A stretch of 64,000 nt of DNA from Candidatus Poseidoniales archaeon. Lineage in GTDB: Archaea; Thermoplasmatota; Poseidoniia; Poseidoniales; Poseidoniaceae. The stretch's first letter is position 1; the number at the start of each line of letters is the position of its first letter. The translations under genes were made by a program, and so were the position numbers. The stretch is from assembly GCA_038106355.1 (NCBI GenBank), contig JAYODQ010000006.1, positions 6,628-70,627 of the forward strand, written 5' to 3'. Of this stretch, positions 10,207 to 19,483 are shown one piece after another. The notes beneath the pieces were generated by a model. That model had not been told where the DNA came from. It saw nothing but the letters and a program-made list of their open reading frames with translations, and did not search any database.

Positions 10207-11261
10207 AACCTCTCTACCGTACTCTACCGGCATTCTTGGTTCTGCTTCTTGCTGCAGCACCAGCCTTGTATTACCAAGTTGGATTGTATGTGTATTTTGA
10301 AATTGCCAAAACAGATTTGGAATGTACCAGTCATGCCCCGTACAATACACCAGCCGAATTTGAACCCCACCTTTACCCAGAAAACATCGAAGGATACACT
10401 CACCAGTGGAATGACACCATCGTAGCGAATATAAGCCAATATTACATGCAATCATGGGAAAACGCTACCATTCACCTTGAAGATGAACCCATCAGTATTT
10501 CTGCATGGTATGTGGAACAAGATACAAATGCACCATGGGTGATTCTGATCCACGGCATCCGGTCATGCAAAGCAAATCACGAGGTTCTCATTCCCGCAGG
10601 GATGTTATCGAACAATGGGTTTAATGTCTTGATGATTGATCTGCGCGACCACTGGCAAAGTACGGTTGAAGATGAGTTAGTTTCTGCAGGTCAACGAGAA
10701 TGGCGGGATGTCTTGGCGGCTTGGTCTTGGCTTCAATCTGAAAAGGGTGTCCAGGCAGAACACATTGGGCTCTATGGTGCATCGATGGGGGCTGGAACTG
10801 CAGCCCTAACCTTCGCTCAAGAATCTATGATTCAATCTGTTTTCTTGGATTCTGTGTACTTCTCTATGGACACCATTTTGCGTGAAGAACTCGAATATCA
10901 GGGATTACCTCCTGTGTTGGTTGATGCTGCAATTTTCGCAGGTAAAATGTATTCAGGCGATGATATCGTCGATATTGAACCATATGAGGCGGCAGAGAGA
11001 CTCAATGGCCGTTGGATGTTTATCGCTCAGTCCAACAACGACACACGTATTCGATTGCATCACGGGAACAGTATGTGCGAGGCAGCCAAAGAGCATAGTG
11101 AACACGTTGAGTGTTGGTTTGCCGATTCTGCGGTACAATTCACCTCAGATGATGGTGAACAAGCAGTGCTTGCTCATGTAACATTGATGCTCACCCAACC
11201 AGAATTGTATGAACAAAAATTGGTGATGTTCTTTACACAATCACTCAACGCAGGAGTTTGA
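10203..11261 (+). CDS. Secreted or membrane-anchored alpha/beta hydrolase
   Basis: N-terminal hydrophobic segment, ILIHG, IDLRDHWQS, GASMG nucleophile elbow; ATGA overlap with psd. Confidence 0.85.
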   Translation: MKPLYRTLPAFLVLLLAAAPALYYQVGLYVYFEIAKTDLECTSHAPYNTPAEFEPHLYPENIEGYTHQWNDTIVANISQYYMQSWENATIHLEDEPISISAWYVEQDTNAPWVILIHGIRSCKANHEVLIPAGMLSNNGFNVLMIDLRDHWQSTVEDELVSAGQREWRDVLAAWSWLQSEKGVQAEHIGLYGASMGAGTAALTFAQESMIQSVFLDSVYFSMDTILREELEYQGLPPVLVDAAIFAGKMYSGDDIVDIEPYEAAERLNGRWMFIAQSNNDTRIRLHHGNSMCEAAKEHSEHVECWFADSAVQFTSDDGEQAVLAHVTLMLTQPELYEQKLVMFFTQSLNAGV

Positions 11262-12406
11262 TGCACATGGCCGAACATCATTCATTGCTTTCACCGACTT
11301 CAAAGAGGTTAAGAATTCATGACTTGGTCAAGGCACCAGAGAACACGCCATTCGCTCAAAAAAAGAAGCACGCATGGGATGCGAAAGACCCAGCATTGGT
11401 GTACCAAACTCCTGAAGTGACTGCTGAGGGTTCCATTTGTCAAGCAGCCACGATTATTTTGCGAACCAAAGGGTGCCACTGGTGGTGGTCATCAGGTTGT
11501 ACGTTTTGCGGTTACTTTAATGACACAAGGGACGACGTTACCTCAGATGACTTACATGCTCAATGGGAGGAAGCGAAGAAGAAGCTTGATCATTTTTCAG
11601 AAGTGGACATGGTTAAAGTCTATACTTCAGGTAGTTTGCTTGAAGACAGAGAAATCCCCCTCGACTTTCAAGAGACGGTCTTGAAAGACTGCCATGCACT
11701 TCAAAAGGAATTAATCATTGAAAGCCGATGTGAACAACTGACACAAGAGAAACTCTCTTGGGCAGTATCTCACAATCCGAAGTTTACTGTTGCCATTGGC
11801 CTAGAGGCGTACGATGATGAGGTCCTTCGATTTCACGTGAACAAAGGATTCACGACAGCATCTTGGCATCGAGCAGTAGAAAATTTGAGAGCATTTGATT
11901 TACGAGTAAAAACCTACCTCATGTTCAAACCGCCCTTCATGAGTGAAGCTGACGCCCTTGACCACTCAATTTCTTGGATTTCTTCTGTCGCTCCGCTCTC
12001 GGATGAGATATCGGTGAATCCAATGAATGTTCAGAATGGAACAGTCATCGATCGACTTTATCGCAACGGCGATTATCATCCACCTTGGTTGTGGTCTCTG
12101 GTCGAAATGATTCAGCGAAGTCACTTGGCCTTGGAACAAAACAATTCAAAAACACGGATTATCGTTCATCCAACGGCAGGAGGAAAACTTCGAGGCTCAC
12201 ACAATTGCGGTCAGTGCGATGCAGAGGTTGTTGCAGCCATCGAACGATATGCAGTATCGGCATCTCTCGAAGAATTTAGTGGCCTTTCTTGTGAGTGTAA
12301 ACTTCGATGGTCACTTGAGTTAGATTTGGAGCGAACGATGCCTTTGCCGTTAGGCATTTCCAAGCATCGCCGAACTTCAAAATTCGATAAACTTCGTTCA
12401 CCCTAA
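11261..12406 (+). CDS. Archaeosine-biosynthesis radical SAM protein (RaSEA-like)
   Basis: ILRTKGCHWWWSSGCTFCGY (CX7CX2C variant), YTSGS, AIGLE, KTYLMFKPPF, SVNPMNVQ, YHPPWLWSL, RGSHNCGQC. Confidence 0.85.
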   Translation: MHMAEHHSLLSPTSKRLRIHDLVKAPENTPFAQKKKHAWDAKDPALVYQTPEVTAEGSICQAATIILRTKGCHWWWSSGCTFCGYFNDTRDDVTSDDLHAQWEEAKKKLDHFSEVDMVKVYTSGSLLEDREIPLDFQETVLKDCHALQKELIIESRCEQLTQEKLSWAVSHNPKFTVAIGLEAYDDEVLRFHVNKGFTTASWHRAVENLRAFDLRVKTYLMFKPPFMSEADALDHSISWISSVAPLSDEISVNPMNVQNGTVIDRLYRNGDYHPPWLWSLVEMIQRSHLALEQNNSKTRIIVHPTAGGKLRGSHNCGQCDAEVVAAIERYAVSASLEEFSGLSCECKLRWSLELDLERTMPLPLGISKHRRTSKFDKLRSP

Positions 12407-12493
12407 CATCAAAATTTTCCAACTCTTGCTTGAATGCCTTAACTGAATCTTTATGGATACCCGTCAAGTGGCGTGAGCATACCTCTATGGTGA

Positions 12494-12775
12494 GTGAGTA
12501 CGATGACAGATACATCAGTTCTTCCAGACACAACCGTTGGAAACAATGAACCAACCACGTCGAGAATGATTCTCGTGCTCATGGTCGTTGCTATTCTTGG
12601 ATTTTTTGCACTTTTTTCAAATATTTTTGGCTGGGATAATATCCCACTCCTCGGCGAAATTGTACCTTTGATAGGTAACCTTGGCGGAGGGGGAATTTGG
12701 TATTACCTCCTAGGATTCATCATCGGAATTGGTGCTATTGTTGCCACTCTTGTAGGGGAGATACTTGTCGATTGA
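12494..12775 (+). CDS. Small two-TM membrane protein
   Basis: Two hydrophobic stretches; 9-bp gap to the next gene; start GTG 12494 or ATG 12503. Confidence 0.7.
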   Translation: MSTMTDTSVLPDTTVGNNEPTTSRMILVLMVVAILGFFALFSNIFGWDNIPLLGEIVPLIGNLGGGGIWYYLLGFIIGIGAIVATLVGEILVD

Positions 12776-12784
12776 GGTGTTGAA

Positions 12785-14770
12785 ATGGATATTGTATTCT
12801 TCTTTGGTACCGCTCTTATTCTCGCTTTGTACTTTTTATCCCAATTTCTTGCCAAGGGCATTGGTGAAATGAAGTCAGTATTCACTCAAATTGGATTATT
12901 TATTTTGAAAAAGAATCCACCGGGTCTTGTCGACTTATTCAACGATGAAGACGGCAGTGGCTCAAAAACTTGGATGAATTTTGGAATGCTTTGGTTCTTT
13001 TTCGCAGGTATCCTTGGATTCCTCGTTGGCTGGCACACCTATGACCCGACAGCACTCAATTCATTGTCGAGTGTGGGTTGGTCCTACAATGACGGCTCCG
13101 CCCTCCTTGACTTTACTGTCAACGCCCTCAACATTGCATTGTTGCTTGGTCTTGTGGGGGGAGGTATGGTGGTCGTATCTCGAAATGCAAATGGACGTTT
13201 AGCAAGCGAGTCAAATGCATCGATGGTTGCCGTTCTCATGTCGGTTCTACTCATTACCCGACTCGTTTTACCGGGATTGATGAGTATTTTTGATATCGAT
13301 ACATCGTCAACCGGCATCGTGATTCTTTTGCTTTCACTTGAGACACTTGCCATTGCTGCCTTGCTCATTCCAGTTCTCATCAATCTCCTCGTGACCATTG
13401 GACAATCAAATGGTTCATCCCTTCTTACAGGCTCATGGTTTGTGATCATGGCAGTGACCGTGAAGATATTTGGATTAATGTTCATCTTCTTCGGCGAACT
13501 TGCAGACTCAACTCAAACGGTTTGGCTTGGCGAACGAGTTGCAAATGGTTGGGCGATTCTTGCTTTGTTGCTTGGAATGGGGTATTATGTTGTTCCTAAG
13601 GTCGCTGAGTCCCCAATTTGGTCACCATCGTTGAGAACGGCAAGCATGGTTCTCCTTTTTGTAACCCCAAGTGTATTCTTCATGACGTCATCAGACAGTA
13701 GCAACTTTTTGTCCAACGTCGGTGCTATCCTTCTCACCTTGTCCATGCTCCCGCTGTTTGCAGCAAGCGTGAACATCCTAATGACTGCAACCAATGGTTT
13801 TGACAAAGTGATGAATCACCCTGGCGCCCTAGCCGTCCTCTTGGCATTTTTCCTCCTGCCGTTCTTCGTGGTTGGTTCTTACTTTACCGCAATGGACGTA
13901 TTCGTAGGAACAGGTGAAATGACAAGCCTTGCAGCAATTATTGATGTTGGAGCAATGTTCACTATCGGTGGACTTGTACTTGTTGGAACGGTGTACACAA
14001 CCTATCCGTTGGCCTCAGGTAAGAAATTACCATCATCATCGACTGCCCATCTTTCGGTGTACATGATCTTCGTCGGTGGACTTGCATCAACAATTGCCTA
14101 TACCATCGGGGAGTTCTCAACCATGACCGTCAATGCACTTGCTCTTGAAGATGTAACAGCAGATGTTGGTGGTTATTACCTCACCGGCTCAGTCTTGTTT
14201 TACATCCTCCCAATCGGGGCACTCTTTGCTACATTGCTCATGATTCGAACAGGGATTTCAAGGTCAAATCAAGGAGCCATTGTTCAAGAAGCAGACATCA
14301 AATCTTACACATTGGTCTCCGGTGCCAAAACGACGATTCGGGACCTCATCGGACGTGGAGTTGGCATTGATACTGTTCTTGTACTCGCTAAAGAAGGGGA
14401 TGCCGAAGGAGGTACAACGCTCATCTCAGTTGGAGCAACGCTCCATGATGATGAAATCACAGAAATTCCAGACAAGGAAGTTGACCACCTTCTTGTCTTG
14501 CTCGCTAATCATCTCGTTGAGGAAAAGAAATCAGTTTTTGACTTGTTTCGACAATCCGATAAAGATGCAAGTGGTTCAATTGATGAACAAGAATTGATGG
14601 ATATTTTCTCAGACTTGGGGCAAGACCTTTCTGCGGCACAAACATCAGCGTTAGTACGCAGATTTGATATCGATGGAGATGGGTCCATCAACCTCCCTGA
14701 GATGGACATTCAAATCGCACTTATCAACGCGGCATACAATGTTTCATCATCCTCCGAAGAAGAAGAATGA
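12785..14770 (+). CDS. Heme-copper oxidase subunit I (cbb3 CcoN)-like polytopic membrane protein lacking His ligands, fused to two EF-hands
   Basis: ~12-13 TM segments; [21 protein letters not shown] and [18 protein letters not shown] resemble the CcoN YYFVPK...P(V/I)YS and LYHLVP motifs; EF loops [13 protein letters not shown] and [19 protein letters not shown] SD. Confidence 0.7.
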   Translation: [661 protein letters not shown]

Positions 14771-14779
14771 GGGTCTCAT

Positions 14780-16060
14780 GTGAAAATTGGTTTGGTCGGC
14801 AAACCAAATGTTGGTAAATCAACTTTCTTTAGTTCCTCAACTTTAGCGCATGTTGACATTGCGAATTATCCATTTTGTACCATTGACCCCAACATCGGCA
14901 TCGCATATGTTCGTTCTCCAATGCCTTGTCCCTGTCTTCAATTGCGAGAAAAGGCTGAATCAGAAGGCCGAGGACATCAGAATCAATCCAATGAAGATCG
15001 AAAGGGTAGCATATGCCAACCCCGAACTGGCTTTTGTATAGGTCATCAACGGTTTATTCCCGTTCAACTCGTCGATGTCGCAGGTTTGGTGCCAGGGGCG
15101 CATGAAGGACGGGGAAGAGGGAATGCATTTCTGGCAGATTTATCACACTGCGATGCATTAATTCACATTTTTGATGCATCGGGATCAACTGATATCGAAG
15201 GCCAATTTTTGGGATTTGACCAATCGTATGAGGCTATATTGCAACGTTCAAGTGAGGATATAGAATTTTTACAAGACGAGTTAGATTCATGGATTTTCCA
15301 GATCCTTTCCGAGGGTTGGAGCCGAGGAACAAGGAGAGTTCAATCCGAAGGTGAACGTGGTTTTGCATCTTTTTTGCTCGATAAATTAAGTGGCATAGGT
15401 GCCCAACAGTCGCACATCAATCAAACCATTCAAGACTACTTACACCAAGGTGGAGACGTATCTACGCCGTGGTCTCTCTCTGATGTTGAACAGAAAAAAC
15501 TTGCTACCATGTTGCGTACTCGAATTTTTCCGATTGTGTATGCAGGTAATAAATGCGATAAATTCGTTGATGCAAAGAAGTTGATGCAAGATCTTCACGT
15601 TGAATTTACTCCTTGTTTATCCGATTTGGAACTTGCATTACGGAGAGCTTCAGAGTCAAAAATCATCGATTACATTCCTGGCCAACCATCATTTTTAATT
15701 CGAGACCAAGTTGATCTCAATGATGCTCAAAAGAAAGCACTCGACCAAATGAAATCTTTGCTTGAGAAACATGGAACGACTGGGATTCTCCCGTTACTCG
15801 AACACATCATTTTTGAAATTCTCCGACAAGTTGTCGTTTTTCCAGTTCAAGATGAAAATCACTGGGTTGATGGTGAAGGACGAATTTTACCCGATGCATT
15901 CCTCGTGTCCTCAGAATCAAGTTGCAGAGAGATGGCTTACAAGGTTCACTCAGACCTTGGAGATGGTTTCATTCGAGCCATTCACGCAGTGACAAAGCGA
16001 ACCATAGGTGCAGATTATGTTGTTCAACCCAACGATGTCATCAAGATTCATTCAAAATAA
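14780..16060 (+). CDS. OBG-family GTPase, archaeal YchF/Ygr210-like, with C-terminal TGS domain
   Basis: GKPNVGKST, ANYPFCTIDPN, Cys-rich insert, DVAGLVPGAHEGRGRGNAFL, NKCD, AYKVHSDLGDGF. Confidence 0.92.
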   Translation: MKIGLVGKPNVGKSTFFSSSTLAHVDIANYPFCTIDPNIGIAYVRSPMPCPCLQLREKAESEGRGHQNQSNEDRKGSICQPRTGFCIGHQRFIPVQLVDVAGLVPGAHEGRGRGNAFLADLSHCDALIHIFDASGSTDIEGQFLGFDQSYEAILQRSSEDIEFLQDELDSWIFQILSEGWSRGTRRVQSEGERGFASFLLDKLSGIGAQQSHINQTIQDYLHQGGDVSTPWSLSDVEQKKLATMLRTRIFPIVYAGNKCDKFVDAKKLMQDLHVEFTPCLSDLELALRRASESKIIDYIPGQPSFLIRDQVDLNDAQKKALDQMKSLLEKHGTTGILPLLEHIIFEILRQVVVFPVQDENHWVDGEGRILPDAFLVSSESSCREMAYKVHSDLGDGFIRAIHAVTKRTIGADYVVQPNDVIKIHSK

Positions 16061-16447
16061 TCAATGCCCTTTAGGTCGCTCATATTTGGGGGTTAATCGA
16101 GCCATATCACCAGAGAATTTGCCTCCTCTGTAGATAAACCACACTGGACCGAGTGCGGTTAAGAGAAGGATAAGGATGAGAAAATAGGTGCCCCATGGGT
16201 CAATATTCGAGAGATACATCATCCAGAGTGTCCATAAGATCGGAATATAAAGCAGAATGCTGTACCTCCTTGCAACAATTCCAAATCGTGCATTTGCGAG
16301 GTCTCCACTGTACATGTTGGAGGCATCCGCCTTGGACACAAGTCCCAAATCAAGGCCGCAACGAACACATACCTGTGTTTTTGGTCCATTGCCGTGAATA
16401 AATTGTTCGCGAGGGTATGTACTGGCACAGTGTCTACACGTTGGCAT
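16061..16447 (-). CDS. Zinc-ribbon (CxxC...CxxC) membrane protein
   Basis: CRHC and CVRC followed by two TM segments. Confidence 0.7.
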   Translation of the reverse strand: MPTCRHCASTYPREQFIHGNGPKTQVCVRCGLDLGLVSKADASNMYSGDLANARFGIVARRYSILLYIPILWTLWMMYLSNIDPWGTYFLILILLLTALGPVWFIYRGGKFSGDMARLTPKYERPKGH

Positions 16448-16475
16448 TGGCTCCCCAACCTATCGGAATTGAAAC

Positions 16476-18716
16476 TCATTCTTCAACCATGCGTTTGCTG
16501 TTCAAGAAATTTGAGAAAATAATCCCTCCTGATTGGGAGCCAACTGACTCTGGATGAAATTGCACACCATAAATAGGTAATTTTGAATGTGCTATCGACA
16601 TGATTTCTCCTCTCTCATCGGTTGAAGTGATGATGAATTCATGTGCCATTTTGGGTTGTAACACAAGTGAATTGTAGCGAGTAAATTTCCAAGGTGACTG
16701 AATATTATGGAACAATCCCGTCGCATCGTGATGCATTTCACAAGGTCTTCCATGAACCGGTCCAAAAGGTGATTCAATGAGTTCAAAGCCCCCATGGAGC
16801 CCAATCGCTTGATGACCTAAACAAACCCCAAGCACAGATTGTTGGAGTTTCCCTTGGACTGCAAATTGTGCAATCTTGAAACTCAAAGATACATGTTCTG
16901 GTCGACCTGGGCCTGGACCTATAACAATAAATTTCGACTGATGACTTGTTATCCATTGGAGGACGTCATTCTCTTTCATTTCCGAAAATGGAGGGAGACG
17001 TGCTTTGACGACATGGACTGAGTAACCTTTAGCAGTCATAGCGTGAACAATATTCATTGAAAAGGAATCTAAATTGTCAATAAAGAGAACATCTGAATTA
17101 ATTTGGTCAACATTGTTGTAAACTTGTCCTGCGGGATTTTTAATTCGCTGCCAACTCCTCTCTTTTGGCAAACTGAATATTTTGATGTGCTGCTGTGCTG
17201 CTTTTTTTGAATTTGAAATCCATCCTGCTGCATGAAGCAACGGACTCGCCTTTTGAAATGCTTCATCAACTTCTGATTTCGGGTTCGAAGAAATAGTGAT
17301 GCCCCCACCAGCAGCTATTTTTCCGTTCCAATGCGTTCCATCCAATGTTGCTTCTATGGTTCGAATGAGGATATTCCATGAGGCATTGTTGGAAAATGGA
17401 TCGAACCAACCGATGGAACCAGTCCAAAATGACCGGCCTTGTTGTTCAATTTGATTGATGACATGGCAAACCATGGTTCTTGGACAACCGGTGATGGATC
17501 CACCGGGAAAAATAGCCTCAATCGTGTTTGAGGATGTCATGCCAATGTTGAGTTTCCCAGAAATTCGGCTCACAAGATGTTGAACGCTGGCGTATTGTTC
17601 AATATCAAAGCGGTCGACTTTGACGCTTCCAACTTCGCAAATGAGTCCGAGGTCATTCCTCATGAGGTCAACAAGCATACGGTGTTCAGCACGTTCTTTT
17701 TCATCATTGAGGAGCGTTGAACGAGCCAATTCGTTTTCAAATTCATCATTTCCTGTATGAATTGTACCTTTAATTGGAGCCGTGTGGACAAAATCATCAA
17801 TCGATTCGAGAAGGCATTCTGGTGAACTCGAAATGAGAGATATGCCTTCATCAATCATCTCAAAGAAGGCTGAATATGGTGCAGGATTGATATCATCTAA
17901 AGCACAAAACGTTTCCCAAGGATTGTTCTGAAGACGGCCTTCCCACATCTGACCAATATTGACTTGATACACCATCCCTGCAATAATTTGCTTTTGGACA
18001 AGCTCAATATTTTCGATATATTTCCCATCCGTTAATCGTGTAGAAAATTCCATTTGTTTGAAATCTCGAAGATTCTCTTTCTGTTTCAATTGGAAATCAA
18101 GAGGGGGATTCCAATGCGATGAGCCGATTTTAAAGATGGAAAATTTTTGTTCAAGGCAATCGAAAATACATCCCTGTTCAACCAAGTAAAAACAAGCAAG
18201 AAGAGATCCAGTATGTGGATTGAATTGTAGATTGAGTGGTTGAGTCCATTGTACTAAGTCGTAAGACAATGCGGCAACCCAAAACGGCTGTGAGGGCAAC
18301 TTTTGATGTGGAATCGAATCAAATACTGCAGTGGGGGTGATGTGCCTTAATTCATCAATCGCCTTTGATAACGCGTCAAACTTTGATCTTTGTTTGTGAT
18401 ACCATGCCCCATGTTTCCACTCTTCTATTTCAAGTTCAAAATTCAACACCTGTTGATTGATGTTGATGTTGGAGATGTCAATTTTTGAGTCTTGGCGCGA
18501 AGTGGGCACATCAGGTTGGCGAATCGTAGCCCTCATTCTTGGGGGGCCACATAGCAATGAAAAAGTCGCTAAGTGAGTTGGAGGTCCACCCGAGTGGAGC
18601 AGCACACAATCTGGGCTGCCAAAGCGATTGGCCTTTGCACCCAACCAACCTTGCTCCTCCCACAAATTTTTGAGGTGTAACAAATTATGCACAATCTTCA
18701 CCCCAGTGAATACCAA
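16476..18716 (-). CDS. pabB: Fused aminodeoxychorismate synthase (PabB domain + glutamine amidotransferase PabA domain)
   Basis: YQVN, NPAPYS, SSSPE, PIKGT (Lys typical of PabB), KERAEHRMLVDLMRNDL, FPGGSITGCP; GATase IDNLDSF, GPGPG, LGVCLGHQ, GVQFHPES. Confidence 0.85.
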   Translation of the reverse strand: MVFTGVKIVHNLLHLKNLWEEQGWLGAKANRFGSPDCVLLHSGGPPTHLATFSLLCGPPRMRATIRQPDVPTSRQDSKIDISNININQQVLNFELEIEEWKHGAWYHKQRSKFDALSKAIDELRHITPTAVFDSIPHQKLPSQPFWVAALSYDLVQWTQPLNLQFNPHTGSLLACFYLVEQGCIFDCLEQKFSIFKIGSSHWNPPLDFQLKQKENLRDFKQMEFSTRLTDGKYIENIELVQKQIIAGMVYQVNIGQMWEGRLQNNPWETFCALDDINPAPYSAFFEMIDEGISLISSSPECLLESIDDFVHTAPIKGTIHTGNDEFENELARSTLLNDEKERAEHRMLVDLMRNDLGLICEVGSVKVDRFDIEQYASVQHLVSRISGKLNIGMTSSNTIEAIFPGGSITGCPRTMVCHVINQIEQQGRSFWTGSIGWFDPFSNNASWNILIRTIEATLDGTHWNGKIAAGGGITISSNPKSEVDEAFQKASPLLHAAGWISNSKKAAQQHIKIFSLPKERSWQRIKNPAGQVYNNVDQINSDVLFIDNLDSFSMNIVHAMTAKGYSVHVVKARLPPFSEMKENDVLQWITSHQSKFIVIGPGPGRPEHVSLSFKIAQFAVQGKLQQSVLGVCLGHQAIGLHGGFELIESPFGPVHGRPCEMHHDATGLFHNIQSPWKFTRYNSLVLQPKMAHEFIITSTDERGEIMSIAHSKLPIYGVQFHPESVGSQSGGIIFSNFLNSKRMVEE

Positions 18717-19483
18717 GATTCCTTGTTGGATTGATGCTGATTGTAAAGTTGTTGAATTTGATGTGTTATGCTTTGGCTTGAACCAATTGGAATGGAGTCG
18801 ATTTCAAGGATCTGGGCAAAACCCACACCAGTACCACTAACAAATAGTTCTCGACATCTCCGAACCATTCGCTCAGTTAAGCGACCCGATTGAATGGCAA
18901 ATCCATGCTCGCTCAACTCTTTCTTGATCGCATCGAAGGTAATGCTTGCAACTCCGCCTGATTGATGAGATGCCATCCAAATCACACCATCCTCCGAAAT
19001 GAGGAGAGGAGTCGCACGGTCTGCATCAACAACATTGTTTTCATGCATGAACAAAGCGATATCAAATTGATGTTGATGTGCGATGTCTCGAGCCTCAAGA
19101 TATGGCCTCCAGTCTCCATGTTTACATCCGGTGATTGAACCGGGCCAACGTGGCGCAGCAATACTCATGGCCCGTAGATAAGGTCGATGAGGTGGCAGCG
19201 GCCGTGTTGTCGTTTGAACAACTCCATCAAATTGGACTTCGATCTTGACCAATTCATAGGCTTTGTATGGTTGACCTTGGTCATTGAAGAGTGGTTGAAG
19301 TTGTTTGAAAACATCCGATTCAAGTGTGTGAGGCAATTGTATTCCCAACCGGTCTGCATGTTGTTTCATTCGAAGAAAATGGAGGTGCCCATCCAACAGA
19401 TTTCCACACCCATCCCACACGCATGTCGTAAACACTGCGTCGACAGGTTGCTTCTGCGCATGAGTCATTGAGTAGGGCCTCAA
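18698..19483 (-). CDS. pabC: Class IV PLP enzyme, probable 4-amino-4-deoxychorismate lyase
   Basis: VFTT, HFLRMKQHA, GCKHGDW (PLP Lys), ELFVSGTGVG; adjacent to pabBA; likely start ATG 19468. Confidence 0.72.
   Translation of the reverse strand: MRPYSMTHAQKQPVDAVFTTCVWDGCGNLLDGHLHFLRMKQHADRLGIQLPHTLESDVFKQLQPLFNDQGQPYKAYELVKIEVQFDGVVQTTTRPLPPHRPYLRAMSIAAPRWPGSITGCKHGDWRPYLEARDIAHQHQFDIALFMHENNVVDADRATPLLISEDGVIWMASHQSGGVASITFDAIKKELSEHGFAIQSGRLTERMVRRCRELFVSGTGVGFAQILEIDSIPIGSSQSITHQIQQLYNQHQSNKESWYSLG

Noticed and set aside
12785-14770. Functional cytochrome oxidase or NO reductase subunit; alternatively a pseudogene
   Set aside because: Metal-ligand His residues and partner subunits are absent, yet the ORF is intact with an SD and well-formed EF-hands, so neither label fits.
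16476-18716. Anthranilate synthase TrpEG fusion
   Set aside because: The PIKGT motif and adjacent class IV PLP lyase favour ADC synthase; no other trp genes nearby.
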